Counted from the first letter of the stretch, positions 24,251-37,890 are shown. The stretch is 38,086 nucleotides of DNA from Welwitschia mirabilis (GCA_051453625.1 JBOZIK010000001.1:15064432-15102517); one strand, 5' to 3'. The notes: generated by a model from the sequence alone, not told the origin. Numbers and translations are program-made.

Positions 24251-24294
24251 TTTTTTTATTTTTTTAAATGTAGGACTTATAGGAATAGGCTAAG

Positions 24295-24834
24295 CTTTAT
24301 GCTTACTAATCAATATGTTAGTTAGTTAGTAGGTTAGTAGGTTAGTATGCATGTATTTCATTATTTCATTTCAAGTATAGGATGTCAAGTGGCATGAAGA
24401 TGAGAGAAGGTTGAGGTGGTGAATTAGCACAACAACACCAACCGTATATCTATTCTTTAGGAGCAAAGAATGGAAATGGTAAAAATAACAAGGGTATAAG
24501 AATGTAATCACCATAAAAGGTGGGGATCTTTTTGGCAAAAAGTTTCTAAGAATAGACAAGAAAAGAAGATCAAATTATAAACTCCAGATAGCCTGCAAAG
24601 GTATCAGCAACATTTTCCTATACTCCATAGTGTTACCTACAAAGAAGAACATAGTTCTTAGCTCATCTTTATGTCACAATTGTTATTTCAATATAAAGCT
24701 AAAAAGCATTTGAGTATCATTGTGTGATACTTTATTACTTGAAAAAGTAATATTTCTTCTATCTTGCTCCTCTTTGTATAGCTGAACATAAACTAGAATA
24801 ATTTCAGTACTTAGAAATAAGTATTACTCAGTAG
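24295..24834 (+). repeat. Third, inverted, partial copy of the Athila-like LTR
   Basis: Reverse complement of ~16752-17295 (e.g. GGCATGAAGATGAGAGAAGGTT versus AACCTTCTCTCTCATCTTCATGCC). Lacks the first ~95 bp of the LTR and runs into a gap. Confidence 0.88.
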
Positions 24835-24935
24835 NNNNNNNNNNNNNNNNNNNNNNNNNNNNNNNNNNNNNNNNNNNNNNNNNNNNNNNNNNNNNNNNNN
24901 NNNNNNNNNNNNNNNNNNNNNNNNNNNNNNNNNNA

Positions 24936-25908
24936 GGGAACAATATGGAATGCTAAATCTTATTAGAAATTTTGATCAACCCACCTAGAGGAAATTAATA
25001 TGCTAACTAAATGTCTAAGAGAGATGCATCTATTACCCTCAAGTAATAATTTTGTAGGGTTAACATCAAAGACTAGGTGTTCTCACAAGAGAATCAAATT
25101 TTCTAGTTGCTTTAAGAATTAAGTTACCTAAATTAAGGAGTAGCCTATTTAATGATTTGAAAAGTATTTTTGATTTTATTTCTAAAAATGAATGTAATAA
25201 CTGTCTTGATTAGTAAAGTTTTTAATTCTTATTTTAAATAAATTATCTTTTACTTTTTTTACTTTATTATGGATACATCTATTCCATTAAATAAAATTTA
25301 AAATAAATAATTCATCAAATTGTTAAGATCATGTAAATTTATTTTAAAACTTTGAAGTTTTCTCTTACCTTAAATAGAATGTAATAATTGTACATACTAT
25401 TAAATTAAAAATATTTGGACATTCCATTATAGACTATAATATTGCCTTCTAATTTCTTTTCTTTCTTGATCTCTAGTTATGATAAGATTCTAGCTTTAGT
25501 AACTTCCTATGTTTTAGATAACTCCTAGGATACAACTCTGTCTTCACTTTTATTATTCACAACTTAACCATAATGAAAAGTGTAACCACTATTACAGGAG
25601 TAAGGACGCATAGGATATATTAATTTTTTAATTATATAAATATATCTAGATCATGATTAACTAATCACTTAATGGAGTTCTTATAGATACCATATTGCAC
25701 TACTAAAGGCCCCTCTTGGGAATATTTTCCCTAATACACTTATAGTAGAACATTATGATACTTCCTTTTTTTTTAAATATTAATACTCAAATGATACTTG
25801 GAAGGTATTTTACTATGTAATGAAATGTGTCTCCTTAATATTCTTAATAAAGACAATGTACAATTTCCTATTGAAGACTTATTTAATCAACTTCTTATTT
25901 TTTAATCA
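24936..25908. repeat. Diverged direct duplicate of ~22487-23446
   Basis: Colinear over ~1 kb (e.g. TAGGGTTAACATCAAAGACTAGG in both), roughly 80% identical by eye. Confidence 0.9.
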
Positions 25909-25999
25909 TTTTATTTACCTTAAATAACTTGGTAAATTGATAGACTGAATAAACTTCAAAGAAATGACATGTCCTTTTTATCTAATTTTGGAGCTTTAT

Positions 26000-28900
26000 T
26001 TTATAAGTAGAATAGAAGTATTCTTTTTACCCTATTAGGATTTCTTAAATAATTAAGTATGAATATGCTCATAATACATCCTTACTCTTTGTTTGTTAAC
26101 TTGGTAGGTTACTTTTTCATCAGGATCATATATTTTTATGGCTCTATTCCTTAGAATTTTTATTATGGAATTAAATTCTATGTAGTTTATTCATATTTTT
26201 GTTTTGAATGAATTTTCTTAGAATCATGAACTAATATAGAGTCTCTCATATTAAAATTTATTTTTCTGATTCTGTTATCATGATATTTTTTATGTTTTCT
26301 ATTGTTTAAGTTCTTTACGTAGAAGAGATTCTTTTCTATTTTTATCTAAAATATTCATGTTTTCTGTTCATTCTTTTTAAGCTTTGTCTAGATTACATTT
26401 TAATTATTTAGCCAATTTTAAACGTTTTTATTCTAAATTTAATTAGTAAAATAGCTCTTTTCCCATAGACTAATTCATATAGAATAAACCCTGTAGCATG
26501 TTTTCAAGTTATTGTATAAGCCCATATAGTTTCATTTAATTTATCAACCTAATTAGTTTTCTTATTATTTATAACCTTTGTCAATAATCTATTCAGCTCT
26601 TTATTAGTTACTCTAGCTTGACCATTAGATTGAGAATGGTAGATAATAGAGAGTTTGTGATAGATTCTAAACTTTCTTAAAACTTTCTTAAAGACTTTAA
26701 TAGTAAAGTGAGTTTCCCTATCTGATATAATACTTCAGATGACTCCAAACTAGAAGATAATATTTCTAAGGAAAACATTAATTACGTTTTGGAAAGAAAA
26801 ATTTGTCATAGCTTTAGCCTTAGCCTATTTAGTAAAGTAATCAACACAGACCAAAATGTGTTTCTTTCTAAAGGATGAGGGATGGATAAGTCTAATAAAA
26901 TCTATTCTCCAAACATGAAAAGGTTCAATTATTTGAATCCATTGTTGTGATATTTATAACTTTTAGCTAAATGTACCTTCTTTTTGATATTTATCACAAC
27001 CTAGGATATAAGTGTTTGCATCTTTGAATATGATGGGCTAATAATTTTTGATATAGAGAATTTTCATTCCTATTCTTTTTGCAACATAATGTCTTCCTCA
27101 TTCTCCCTCATGAGCTTCCTTTAAAATTTCTCTTTGTAAACTTTCCTATATACATCTTTTAATGACATGATCTTTGCATTCTCTAAATAACATCTTATCA
27201 TACCAAATATAATCTCTAGACTCTCTTAACAATCTTTTTATTTCATAATAAGTCATAAAAGAGGGGAATATTTTATTTATAAAAAATTTGGAAATGTCAT
27301 CATACCATGGATTATGATTACCTAAAATAGCTATTCATCTAGAAACTCATTTTTTAAGTTGATCTGCTCTTTATCTAAAAACTATAACCTTAATGCATGA
27401 TCTACTACAACATTCTATGTTTCTTTCCTATCAATAATTTTAAAATCAAACTCCTACATTAATAATATTAATCTCATAATTCTCAAGTTTTTTTCCCTAT
27501 TCATTAGAAATGTATTAGCACTATGGTTACCATAAACTTTTACTTTATAACATAAAATGTAATGTCTAAACTTTTCAATGTTATTACTACTACTAAAAAT
27601 TCTTTCTCTATTATTATATAATTTTATTAAGCTAGTTTAAAGTTCTTACTTATGTAAGCAATGAAACAAGTTTTATTATCTTCATATTTCTATCCTAAGA
27701 CTACTCCCATAGCATGTTTAGATGCATCAATCATAATGTGGAATGTTCTTATTTATTTTGATCCTTGCAAAATAAGTGCCAATGAAAGTTTATTCTTTAG
27801 GGTTTGGTAGGCATTTTGACATGTCTCAGCTAAAGTTTATTCTTTAGGATTTGGTAGTCATTTTGACATGTCTCAATTCAATAATATTCCACATCCTTTG
27901 TAGAAGATTACTTAAAGGTTTAGCAATTTTACTAAAATTGGATATGAAACTTTTGTAATATCTAATATGTCTTAAGAAAGTTTTCAACTCTTTTAGTTTG
28001 GTTGGTATGGAATATCTTTTATAGCTTTGATTTTTTATTCATTAGTTTCAATTTAGATATTTTGTATCCTAACACTATGCCTTCTATTACGATAAAATGA
28101 ATTTTCGACCAGCTAAGTCTAAGGTATTTTTTGCATCTTTCCAAAACTTTTTTAAGTCTCTTAAGTAATTTCTCAAATCCTCTCTAAACATTATTATCAA
28201 TAAATACTTCAATTATGTCTTGAAAAATAATATTTAATAACCTTTAAAAAGTAGTGAAGCATTACATAATCTAAATGGGACTACTTTATAGGCATAAGTA
28301 TCCTAATAATAAGTGAAAGTATTTTTGCCTTGATCCTCTAAAGCTATGAGAACTTGATTGTAGCTACTATATCCATCTAGGAAGCTATAGTATTGATGTC
28401 TAGATACTCTTTCTAAAAATTGATTAATAAATGAAAAAGAAAAATGATCTTTATAAGTTGTTGTATTTAGTATCCTAAAGCCTATAAACCTCCATTTATT
28501 TCTTTCCTTTGGTACAACCATTATAGGATTAACTCATTTTAAATTAGATAGTGGATAAATAAATCCTACTTCTAAGAGTTTAAAAATTTCTTGTTTAATT
28601 ACCTCTTGCATATGTGTATTACATCTTCTTTTTGATTTCCGACTTGGTTTAATAAAAGTGTCTAAATAGATTCTATGCTTATATATTTTTGGATTTTTTC
28701 CTTTAATATCTGAATGATCCTAAGTAAATGCTCCTTTTTTTTAATCGACATTTTTTAAGTATTCTTTTTTTAGAATATGTTAAAAAACTAATTTATGATC
28801 AAAGGTTTATTAGGAGCTATCTCAATATATTCTATCCTGTCTTTAAGAATAGGTTTTTCTACTTCTTGAGCTACTAAATCCTCTTCTTCCTATCTCTTTT

Positions 28901-30950
28901 CATTTTATTTATTTAATATCAAATGGACTTCCCATTTTAGGATTACACTGGTTCTTTCTTTTATGTTTTGTATCATTTCTTTAACAACCATTGCATCAGA
29001 GAGTTTGATATTTTTTAAGATCTTCAATACTAATTTCCATTATCCTTCTTGTAGAATAAATAGTAACATCTATAGTAGCCATTTAAAGTCTCCAAGAATT
29101 ACTATATGAGTATCTCCTTGAGTTTTTATTACTAGTGAATCTATTAAATAGATGAAACATTGGAGTTCTATGGATATATCTTTTAGAACTTCTTCTGGCA
29201 TAATTGCTAAGCCATCTACTAAGTAAATGTTTTTTTAATAAGGTATTAATTTTGGTTTTCCTAATTCTTTATAAGTTTCATAGGTCATAACATTAATCCT
29301 TGCTCTAGGATCTATACGTACTTATACTTTGAGTTTTCCATCTATTTTCACATCTATCATAGGTATTTCAAGGTTACTATACTTTTCATGTTGTCTATTT
29401 TAAAGAATTTGCATGAAAGCCTAAGAAACTTGATACTTCCTTACCATTTTAATTTATTTTTCTTACTTAATCTCTTTTTAATTTTTCTATTTTTAGCACA
29501 TTCTCTTTATCAATTTCTAATATATAGATATTTATTTTAATAATTTTAAAATACATATTAATATTTTTATGTCTTCTAATATCCTTGTTAGATATTCTAT
29601 ATCCTTTTTAACTTTGGAACATTTTATTGGTTTACTTCTTACTGGAAAAGGAAAAAAAATCTACTGAGATATCATTCTTTTTTTTTTCTTTTAGCCTCTT
29701 CCTCTTCTTTATCTAGGGAGTTTCTTGAAGTTACATTCTTTTTCTATGGTTCATACACCACTTTCTGTTTCTTAGATCTAGTAGTTATTACCTCACTTGT
29801 TTCTTCTCTAGGATTTGGTTGAGGTGAGTATGGATTTTTATTTTTTTCTATTTTTCATTTTTCTATTTAGTTTTTTTAAATATTTATTTTTTCAATTTTT
29901 ATAAGAATTATATTTCTCTTACCTCTTTTAATTTACATACCTTTCTAAAGGTCTCTCCATTTTTCCTTTTCCTTTTCTACTTTGGTAAGGATATGATTTC
30001 TTTCTAGTTTAAGGTTAATTGTCAGAATTTAAATCTAATCAATTTATATCTAATTGTTGAACAAATTCTTGCATACAAGGGCATTCTATTTCATCATAAT
30101 TGTCTTCCACATAGTGTTCACATGTAGGTCCTTTTTCCTCTATAAAGTGTTATACAACTAACTAATCAAATTTTTTTACCATGCTATCAATCACTTTTTT
30201 TAGCTACTTCTTTTACAAGAGTGATATATTTTAAGCTATATAAACTACCATATAGTTCTAAGGTATACAATTTATTTACCTTTTTTTCTTTTCATTCTTT
30301 TTAGCCCATTCTGGACTCATGTTATAAAACTGAGTAATGGCTTCTCCCACTTCTTAGACATTCTTGGTTTTAATGCTTCCTCTACATAACAAGTCTAATA
30401 TCTTTAATGTATAACTCTAAAATCCCCTAAGTAAGGCTCTAAATCATTCCCTAGATATAATTACATGATTAGGACATTTGGTTAATAATATTTTATACTT
30501 ATCCATGAATTTATCAAATCTTTTGTTATCTCTTTGATTAATGTTCAGGATTTGTTCTTTTAAATCTTCAACCATTCTTATGGGTTGAAATTTAGCTAAA
30601 AAATCATTTTAATAATTTTCAATGAATTAAAAGCATGATTAAAGTTTCTATAAACTCATAATTGAGCATCTCCTTTAAGGGAAAAAGGAAAATATCTCAG
30701 AGAATTAGATTCTAAGTTAAGATAATTAGCTTTAAAGAAAGTATCAAATAAGCTTAGATATAATAGGTGTTATTTTAAATTTTTACCTTCAAAAGTAGAT
30801 ATCATAATAGTATTTATGTTTCTTACTTTATCTAGTTACTATAGGGATTTAGGATTGATATAATTTAAATAATGTAACCAATGGGTATCATGATTTAATG
30901 GTCTTGAATCTCCATCATCTTCTTAATAACATTCTTTTACAACTCTCTTT
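26000..30950 (-). pseudogene. Disrupted gypsy gag-pol (gag, protease, RT, RNase H, integrase)
   Basis: LRYFPFSLKGDAQL (~30700, gag); PQPNPREETSEVITTRS (~29800); IDPRARINVM (~29310, protease); VVPKERNKWR..KDHFSFSFINQFLERV..FLDGYSSYNQV (ORF 28303-28521, RT); HIMIDASKHAMGVVLG (~27730, RNase H); PWYDDI, EPFHVWRIDF, VCVDYFTK, IISDRETHF, SNGQARVTNKEL (integrase). Ends are approximate. Confidence 0.93.
27785..27875. repeat. 47 bp-period tandem duplication inside pol
   Basis: AAAGTTTATTCTTTAGGRTTTGGTAGKCATTTTGACATGTCTCA at 27785 and 27832, two mismatches. Confidence 0.92.
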
Positions 30951-31265
30951 TTAGGTTTTCTGATCTAAACTATTTGAGAAGATTTTATTAATGAGTGGGG
31001 TGATGTAAGAGTGCTACACAATGATTTCTCAAATTTGATCATCAATTAAGGAAAGATTTCATATTTTACCATTTTTCCTAAGGTTACTTCATCTTTTGTA
31101 CAATTATCTTATTCTACCTCTAATTTAATAGTACTTCTAGTTCATTTATCGAGACCATTTTTATATAGATATTTAATGTACCTGCCTCTTTTATTTCATC
31201 ATTTTCCTTAACTATCTTATGACATGACACTTTTTATCATCTCTGCTAATTAACTTTAGAGTGAT

Positions 31266-31281
31266 CCTTCTTCTAGCGGTA
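31266..31281 (-). promoter_or_regulatory. Degenerate primer-binding site, tRNA-Asn-like
   Basis: Minus strand TACCGCTAGAAGAAGG, 2 nt from the LTR, versus TGGCGCTAGAAGGAGG, the complement of the plant cytosolic tRNA-Asn 3' end as I recall it. Confidence 0.65.
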
Positions 31282-31283
31282 AA

Positions 31284-32248
31284 TGATGGGTGGCTTATAT
31301 GATAAAATAAGTGTAAAAAGTATTACAAGATAATATTAAAAACTATAAAATGATGCTGGAAAAATGTAAAAACTATGCTATTACTAACCTAAAATAAGCA
31401 CATATCATTAAATAAAAATACATCAAAGGCTTGCTAAAGAACTAATTAAGACTTAACTATTTAGTTCAAAATTCATCATCATAATAGTCTTGTGATGAAG
31501 TTACTTGAACTAATCAAGTTATTTACTATAGCTTAATTACTATGTACATATATTACATCAAATGGAAATAATGAAAGAAACAAAACCTGATAAAAGTTAA
31601 GCACACTACTTAGTAATACTTATTTCTAAGTACTATAATTATCCTAGTTTATGTTTAGCTACACAAATAGGAGCAAGATAGAAGTAATATAATGTTACTT
31701 TTTTAAGTAATAAATTATGCATAAAATGATACTCAAATGCTTTTTGACTTTATATTGAAATATCACTTGCTACATAAAGATGACCTAAAACCATTTATCC
31801 TTTATAGGTAATACTATGAAGTGGAGGAAAATGTTGTTGATGCCTTTGTAGGCTAGCTAGAGTTACCTAACTTGACCTTTTTTTCTTGTCTAATTTTAGA
31901 ACTTTTTGTCAAAAAGATTCCCAACTTTGATGGTAACCACATTCTTATACCCTTGTTAGTTTTTCTATTTCCATTCCTTTCTCTTGAGGAATAGGTATAT
32001 GGTTGGGGTTGTTATGTTGATTCCCTACCTCAACCTTCTCTTTCATCTTCATGCTCGTTGGCATCCTATACCTAAAATGCAATAAGGAAATATATGCATA
32101 CTAACCTACTAACATATTAACTAATTAACCTATTAATTAGTAAGCATAAAGATAGATAAAAACATCTATTTGTTGATAAAATACATAATTAAGATAATGA
32201 AAAAAATGTCATTAATAAGTAAGATTTATATAAAATTTATCCTCATCA
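31284..32248 (-). repeat. 5' LTR of the Athila-like element
   Basis: TGATGGG...CCTCATCA with TG..CA termini and short inverted ends TGATG/CATCA; adjacent to the PBS. Confidence 0.9.
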
Positions 32249-32559
32249 TGCATGAAAACTATTGTGCATATACATGAAATATTTTATTAATAAAATAAAT
32301 GAAGTGAAAAACCATGTAAACTAGCTAACCAAAAATGCTGACATAACCAAATTACAATATGAAATAAAAATGACACATGTTTTGGATTTGTTTCATTATT
32401 GGTAAGATTGAAGATATAAGAAAGTTATTAGTTTAGTTTCTTTGACACCATCGAGCCTTTTTAATTTGTACATTTTCTTGTCAAACTTTTATGAGATAAT
32501 AAATGACCCTAATTAATTTGGTAAAAGTTTGAGATTTTTTTAATTAAATTCACTTTTAA

Positions 32560-33640
32560 CACTAGATCACCTACATTGTACAACCTTGAATTTACATTCT
32601 TATTATATGCTTACTAATTTACTTCTCATAGAGTTTGCTTTATTGCAAGGATTTTACTTACTTTTCATTTAAATGTTTCAGTTTCTCAAGCCACATTTCC
32701 TTTTCTATATCAAATAATTCTAGATTTTGACTAGAATATTTAGTATGGAAATCTGAATTTGGGTAGGTAAGACTGCTTTGGTACCATATACTAATTGAAA
32801 TAGAGTAATTCTAATGGTAATTTTCACTATAGTATGGTAAGCCGATGGTGTGAAAGGCAATTTTTCATGCCATGATTTTTCATTCTTTTGCAACAACTTC
32901 TTGAGGTAGTTTATTATGACTTTATTAGTTGCCTCATCTTGTCTATTTTCTTAAGGGTAATACAATATAAAAAATGAGTGCTTTAATCTAAATTTTCTAA
33001 GAAAATTCCTTAATTTTCATGAATCAAACTATGGACTATTATTAATGATGATGACATAGGATATAATGTGCCAAATGTAGTGATGATATGATCAAGGATG
33101 AAATTTTATATTTATTTCGATGTTATTTATCTTAATGAAGTTACTTAAACCCATTTAGAAAAGTATTTTATTGTGGTAAGAATACATTTATATTGTCTCA
33201 ATGAGGTAGGTATCATATGATTATTTAAATCCATATCCTACCTCTTGAAGGCTTAAATTAGATTATAAGAAAAGAGTTGAGTAAGAAGTGGATGTATCAT
33301 GATGAAAATACTTGATAAGTATAACATGTTATTATCATCTTGAAATAGTTGTCATTTATTAATTTCAAAAAATAACTAGACCTTATCATGTGACTTAAGA
33401 ATAATCTTATCCTCTTGTGGTATTCACATAGTCTAACATGCATCTTTGTTAAAGCATGAATGACTTTTCTTGAATTTAAGCATCTCAATAAGATACCTTC
33501 ATTTGACTTTTTATATAGCTAATCATGGATCAGAATGAGGCATGTTATTTGATCCTTGAAGTTTTGCTTATATAGCAATGAGAAATTTTATGATATCTTT
33601 TGATTGATATTATAATTTACTAGAATCTCATGCCATTTTT
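32560..33640 (-). pseudogene. Gypsy integrase remnant, Tat/Ogre-like
   Basis: RCLNSRKVIHALTKMHVRLCEYH..SYF..CYTYQ (ORF 33297-33488, decayed HHCC zinc domain), FILDHIITTFG, NRQDEATNKVII, SWHEKLP, TLFQLVYGTKAVLP. Confidence 0.8.
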
Positions 33641-35529
33641 TATTTACCTAAGATCTTTTATTAATCAGCCTATTCCATTTTATGAAAACTCTAAATAAGC
33701 TATCATCAAGTGTTCATCAAGGAAATTTTAACTAATTATCATGTACCAAATTTTTTAAAATCAAGATTTAAGTTGAAAATGTCTTAATAAACAAGTTAAT
33801 ATAGAATATAAAATTTTATAAGGTTAATATCTTATATTAATTCTTAGATGTTTTGCTTTATAACTAATAGTTCGATAAGTATTATTTTGTACTTTGGCTT
33901 TATTAATTTAATTACTTATTTTAAAAAATTCCAGTGAGTTAAGGATTTGAAATTATTATGAATGGATATGCTCAATGTCTAAAGTTATTTTATTAGTTTT
34001 GGTAAATGTCTTAACTATGTTTATGTAATATTTTATTATTTCTAANNNNNNNNNNNNNNNNNNNNNNNNNNNNNNNNNNNNNNNNNNNNNNNNNNNNNNN
34101 NNNNNNNNNNNNNNNNNNNNNNNNNNNNNNNNNNNNNNNNNNNNNNNNNNNNNNNNNNNNNNNNNNNNNNNNNNNNNNNNNNNNNNNNNNNNNNNNNNNN
34201 NNNNNNNNNNNNNNNNNNNNNNNNNNNNNNNNNNCTATGATGATGTCTCTTCATAACCTTTATCCTCTATTATAAATAGAACCTTCTTTCCCTCTTAAAT
34301 TTCATAGACCTTAATCTTATAGCCTAGAAAAGCCTTAGAGCCTTAGAACCTTAGATCCCTAAAATTTTTTAAATCTTCATCTTGATTTCCATATGATTCT
34401 TGGCTTTTGTTTCATTTTTTGTATGGTTTATGGACTTTTATTTCTTTTATGTTACAATTAATTATTACATGTTTTACATGTTTTATGGATCCCTCTCACT
34501 ATTTTGTAAGTCTTCTTTTTATGCATGTATTATTTTCATCATGAATTTAATTCTATGCTTAAATGGAAGGAAGTTATTAGAGTGGTCAAGGTAATGTTTG
34601 TGACCCATATAATTATGCATGACATGATGTCTTATGGATTCAGAGGTTTTATCCCATATGAAGGGTTTCTATTAGCCATAGAAATAAAGCTCTAGACAAA
34701 TGGGTATTTTTAACACCCTTTTCATGAAGCATATTATTCGTTGTAGATGCTTGGATTACTAAAACTTGAATATGTGTATACAAATTATTATATCTTGTAT
34801 GATGTCTTAATCATGTTTGATTTACTTGAGAATGCTATCTTGTATTTGAATACCTTCCATTTACCTTAACCTTATCATGGACCATATTGGAAGCTATGAA
34901 ATTTTCATGGTTTTCACTCCATATTTCTTGTGTAAAACATGTGTTAAAATTAGAGCTTGAATGCCAAAGAGGGAATAGAAAAAATCAAAATTATCATCTA
35001 GTTATTTTGAAAAATTATCTTGAAGTGAGATCTCTAGATCTTTGTAATTTTAATGATGTAATTATTATACCTTCCAAAAATGAATTTTATTCTTAAGATA
35101 GATTTGCTTATTCAAAACCTTTGTATTTTTAATATTGATTTTCTTTTAGAATTTTTGTATTTAAAGTGTTATATCTTTATTATAAACTTATTAATTTATA
35201 AGAATATCATCATCCCATAACTTTTACTTATTGCTAAATTAATCATTAGCATAATTATATGAAATGATAAAATATTAAGAGGAAATTAAAATTACCTTGG
35301 AATGGTTACATTTCATGATGTTATAGGATTAGATGAATTATATATGATTCTCATAAAAATTATTAGATGAAATATTAGTGTCTTCCCATATTAAATATTT
35401 TTCATAATGTTAATATTATACATAGTAGTGCTCTAATAATATAGTTTCATTTTTTGACTTTTCACATGATCTTTCTAAGCATAGAAGATGCATTATTAAA
35501 TCATTAGATTAAAATTCTGAATTAAATTG

Positions 35530-35612
35530 TAGGGTGAGTGAAGCACATGGAATTTGAAACCATGACCTCACCTTCCATTTCTTTTCCCTCTTACTGTTAC
35601 GCCAACAAGCCC
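35530..35612 (-). mobile_element. Possible decayed tRNA-derived SINE head
   Basis: Minus strand A-box-like TGGCGTAACAGTAA (35604-35591) and B-box-like GGTTTCAAATTCC (35561-35549) at Pol III-type spacing; GC-richer than flanks. No tail or TSD identified. Confidence 0.35.
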
Positions 35613-36059
35613 ACGCTATACAAGAAATCATTATGCATACATATGAGTATGTGACATTAGCCTATTATTATTTTTATTTATTTAAAATAAATTGGATTCA
35701 TACAGCTAACATTTTTATTAACTTTTATTCTCTTAACTATTACACTAGTCAAGGAAAATAATAAATAAAATGAAATGTTATGAATTTATTATGCCATCAC
35801 CATCTTTTGATATACAGCATAAAAAACTTGAGCAGTGTGATGTGTAGTGTTAATTATCCCATCCTTCCCATTTTCAACACCTGTGCAATTGTACCTTCTA
35901 CCATCTTCTTCTAGTTTTTAAACTATTTTCATCTATCTTACTTCATAATAGTTGATTAAGTACTTTGATGTTTATCTGAAGTAATTAATAAAATTTATAA
36001 GAAGAAATAAATTAGATGATGTATAGGTCCAGATCTCAACAAATTCAGGTGTCCACTTT

Positions 36060-37887
36060 TGATGAGTGATGGCAAATAGCTCCTTCTTCATCCTAGCATT
36101 TTTCTTTCTTGTTGCGATGCTAATTTATAAGAATCTAATGGTGTATTTTGAGTGATTTTGCAGGACATTTACATAGGTTTGAATGAAATACTGATGATTT
36201 TGGAGATCTAATAGGATGATTAATGGAACATATGATTCTTAGAATATTTAAAGGTTTCTCAGGTTTATTCTAATACTACATACCTGGAAGAAGGATTCAT
36301 AATGTAAAATACTGACTTACCTTTGAGATTGAAGATAAGGATGCCTATCATCCCCTTTATCATCCTCACAACAGGCAGGATGACAACACTACTGACATGG
36401 ACAAAAGCTATGGGGATGATAATGAGGCATGAAGCTAATGAAGTACCTTTTAACATAGGATNNNNNNNNNNNNNNNNNNNNNNNNNNNNNNNNNNNNNNN
36501 NNNNNNNNNNNNNNNNNNNNNNNNNNNNNNNNNNNNNNNNNNNNNNNNNNNNNNNNNNNNNAGGATTCATAATGTAAAATACTGACTTACCTTTGAGAGT
36601 GAAGATAAGGATGCCTATCATCCCCTTTATCATCCTCACAATAGGCAGGATGACAACACTACTGACACGGACAAAAGCTATGGGGATGACAATGAGGCAT
36701 GAAGCTAATGAAGTACCTTTTAACATAGGATGACATCCCATTTGTTATCCTCACAATAGTTAGGATGACAACTATTTTTCTATGATTGAAAAGAATTATA
36801 TTTATAATGAAGTCAAGTGACTTATTTGAGCTATTAGGATTTCTTTTCCTACTTATAAGGTTGAGTTTTTAGAACCTCAATGTAAAACTATAAATACCTT
36901 TTTCATCCTTCATTTTTGTTTGCATCTTTTGTACTGGATATACTTGTGACAAAAGATCGAAGGATAAGAAGTTCATCTAGTAGCTATAGAAAGGAGTTTT
37001 TTTTTTTGTTTTAGGCTAAGTCTGTTCCATTAAGTTACTACTATTTTATTACAAGTGGATGTAAATTTCTTGAATTAATCCAATTATTATTTGAATCAAT
37101 ACAAATTCTCTTTTCATTATAATTCAATGTATGTTCCTTATGGTTTAAGTTGGTCATAGTTAAGTGGTACTTTTATAATTTATTTAGATTATAAGGGCAA
37201 CCTTTGTTAAGATTAACTTTGGTTATTATTAGATTGTATTGTTATTACATTTCTATTTCATATTACATTCCTTATTCTACTTGATATATCTCATACTTTA
37301 TATTATTAGGAACAAGTTAAGTACTCTTTGTAATTGATCTAAATTATAGAGAGCTAGTTCTTATAACAGAAGATCTAGAAATCAATAGAATTCATTTCAT
37401 TTCCATTTGCATTATATATCCATTTGAATTACATTTCATTAAATTTATTTCCTTTTAGTTATTAACAAATAAAAGACTAAAAGAAACTGGTGGAAATCAA
37501 TTTTCTAACTCCAAGCTTAGTGTTTTCATTGGGATTAGGACATTTGGGTGAACTCTTATCTATACTAGCATGTATTTTTCTATAAGATATTTGATTTATA
37601 GGTTTATCTAAAGGACTTCAAAATTATATAAATTCAGATCATAACATTTTGGTGTCATTTCTAAGAAATCNNNNNNNNNNNNNNNNNNNNNNNNNNNNNN
37701 NNNNNNNNNNNNNNNNNNNNNNNNNNNNNNNNNNNNNNNNNNNNNNNNNNNNNNNNNNNNNNNNNNNNNNTGGGATTAGGACATTTGGGTGAACTCTTAT
37801 CTATACTAGCATGTATTTTTCTGTAAGATATTTGATTTATAGGTTTATCTAAAGGACTTCAAAATTATATAAATTCAGATCATAACA
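36060..37887 (+). repeat. Probable 5' LTR of another Athila-type element continuing beyond the window
   Basis: Candidate start TGATGAG (uncertain), CTATAAATA at ~36888, end CATAACA followed by a PBS-like sequence. Contains two gaps with duplicated flanks. Confidence 0.55.
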
Positions 37888-37890
37888 TTT

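Larger units (their letters stand above)
16499..32248 (-). mobile_element. Decayed Athila-like (non-chromovirus) Ty3/gypsy LTR retrotransposon with a long 3' region carrying extra ORFs; may be a composite of two family members
   Basis: Direct LTRs 16499-17392 and 31284-32248, near-TSD TTCAT/TGCAT, PBS at 31266-31281, PPT at 17393-17405, gag-PR-RT-RH-INT on the minus strand. Confidence 0.85.

Noticed and set aside
25780..25950. Possible chromodomain after the integrase
   Set aside because: Only a vague resemblance, not supported by the duplicate copy, and the element is otherwise non-chromovirus
34235..35320. Possible LTR (TATA-like TATAAATA near 34271, GGTTACA near 35304)
   Set aside because: No second copy, PBS, PPT or TSD in the window to define it
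36265..36741. 158 aa ORF with an internal repeat
   Set aside because: Produced by the duplicated gap flanks plus N; no recognisable protein
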